IMG/VR virus record: IMGVR_UViG_3300045988_176782
Location: 96,001-160,000 of that record
Strand: one strand, 5' to 3'
DNA length: 64,000 nt
Source: a virus
Shown: piece after piece, positions 62,895 through 64,000 of the stretch
Position numbering within the stretch: position 1 is the first letter of the stretch
How the letters are laid out: each line of letters begins with the position of its first letter
Made by a program: the position numbers and the translations under genes
The notes under the pieces: model-generated
Database searches by the model: none
What the model was told of the DNA's origin: nothing
Seen by the model: the letters and a program-made list of their open reading frames with translations, nothing else

Positions 62895-64000
62895 ATGAGT
62901 GGAGGATTTTCTGGCGTTGGCGGCTATGCTGTTATTCTAACTCCAGAAGGCGCATCGCTATATGGCGGCGGAAATGCAAGTTTTGAAGCACTTGTCACTG
63001 CTGCAACAGGCCAAATAGATATTGAGGCAACAACATAGGAAATTCTTGCTATTTTATATTAGCAATATGAAGAACAAACAATAATAGAAAGGAATATACG
63101 GGCAGCTTATGGCAATGAAACTATTGAAAATATTATAAAATCCTTACGCGGAGAAACTTCTAAAGTAATGAGCGGCACACCAGAAATGATACAAAATCTT
63201 AAGCAAAATTTGGCCGACTGGCAGAACAAAGAAAAGAGTCGTAAAGAAACAATCGCCCAAATTCGTGGAGATTCTGAACATTATTATCAAGTTTATAATA
63301 CTTTAGTAGACGGATTAGTTGCCTTAGCTAATCAATTAACTAATATGGATGAAAAAGCATTACGAACTGGTCCTGGTATCATTGAAACATTAATTCATAA
63401 ATGGGAAAATTCTTCCAGTCAATTAGAGCAAGAAGCCGCGAAAATGGCGCAATCTTTTTCCAAATTAGATTTAGATAATGAATCATTTATTAAAGATATG
63501 AATAGTACCTTTGACAAAATTAGAGAGACAATTAACAAAGAAGACATGGCCTATTCTTATGACCCTACTTCTAATACCACTGAACTTAAAAATCCAGAAT
63601 TAACCGCGGCTATTTAGGAATTACTTGCCTTTCAAGAAAAAATCCGCAGTGATATAGATAAAAAAAGTAAACGCAGTAAAAAGAAAAAACAAAGACTTCT
63701 TGCTATGTGGAATAATATTAAATTTGCCAATTGGAATGCAAGAACCAGTAAACTTGGTCAGGCATTAAATCAAAAAGGTAAAAACGACCCAATGATAATT
63801 TTAAATAGTTTAAGGCAAAAAGTCTATGATGTGGCTAAATAGCAATTAGAGGAAAACACTGGACGAAAAGCCACAGATAAAGAGCAACAAAAACTTCGTT
63901 CTTCAATTACAGAAATTCAAACTAAAGCTGTCAATGAGCTAAGTGAACAAACTAAAGACTATGCAGTACGGCAACTTATTTCACTTGTATTTGGCGACCA
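62895..64000 (+). CDS. large coiled-coil protein, partial (at least 4 in-frame TAG)
   Basis: ATG 62895 after GGTGGTGA; the frame stays open through TAG 63036, 63060, 63615, 63840 to the window edge and includes ORF 63168..63617. Confidence 0.6.

Overview
This is an AT-rich segment of a tailed-phage genome. It is transcribed almost entirely on the + strand, apart from a minus-strand island at 40.6-42.7 kb. Its signals look Firmicutes-like: about 20 near-consensus TTGACA-17-TATAAT promoters, strong AAGGAG-type ribosome-binding sites and many intrinsic terminators. The main feature is a reassigned genetic code. At least 50 in-frame TAG codons join neighbouring same-frame ORF-track fragments into full-length genes, and only TAA and TGA terminate. 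TAG falls on conserved Gln positions of recognisable domains, so TAG=Gln is the best reading. The window holds an early/replication-like region (0-6 kb) with HTH proteins, an operator/iteron array and a repeat-dense non-coding kilobase. It then holds a large tail-fibre/appendage module (6-22 kb) that ends in a Cys/His-repeat protein plus two radical SAM/SPASM enzymes. Next come nucleotide-metabolism and RNA-repair genes, including a polynucleotide-kinase-like protein, a metallophosphoesterase, a divergent PurA-like gene, a dCMP deaminase and an RNA ligase. A lysis cassette follows (holin-like, PG-binding, SpoIID-like, NlpC/P60). A tRNA/ncRNA island at 46.5-61.3 kb contains a suppressor tRNA(CUA), about 13 canonical tRNAs, several non-canonical tRNA-like genes, a repeated hairpin family and at least two large structured RNAs of about 600 and 440 nt. 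The rest comprises a GIY-YIG homing endonuclease, a small restriction-modification pair, a second radical-SAM/Cys-rich pair and a vWA/DUF2828-like gene. Everything was read, translated and folded by hand. Coordinates of RNA elements and some start codons may be off by a few nucleotides, and family names come from recalled motifs, not searches.
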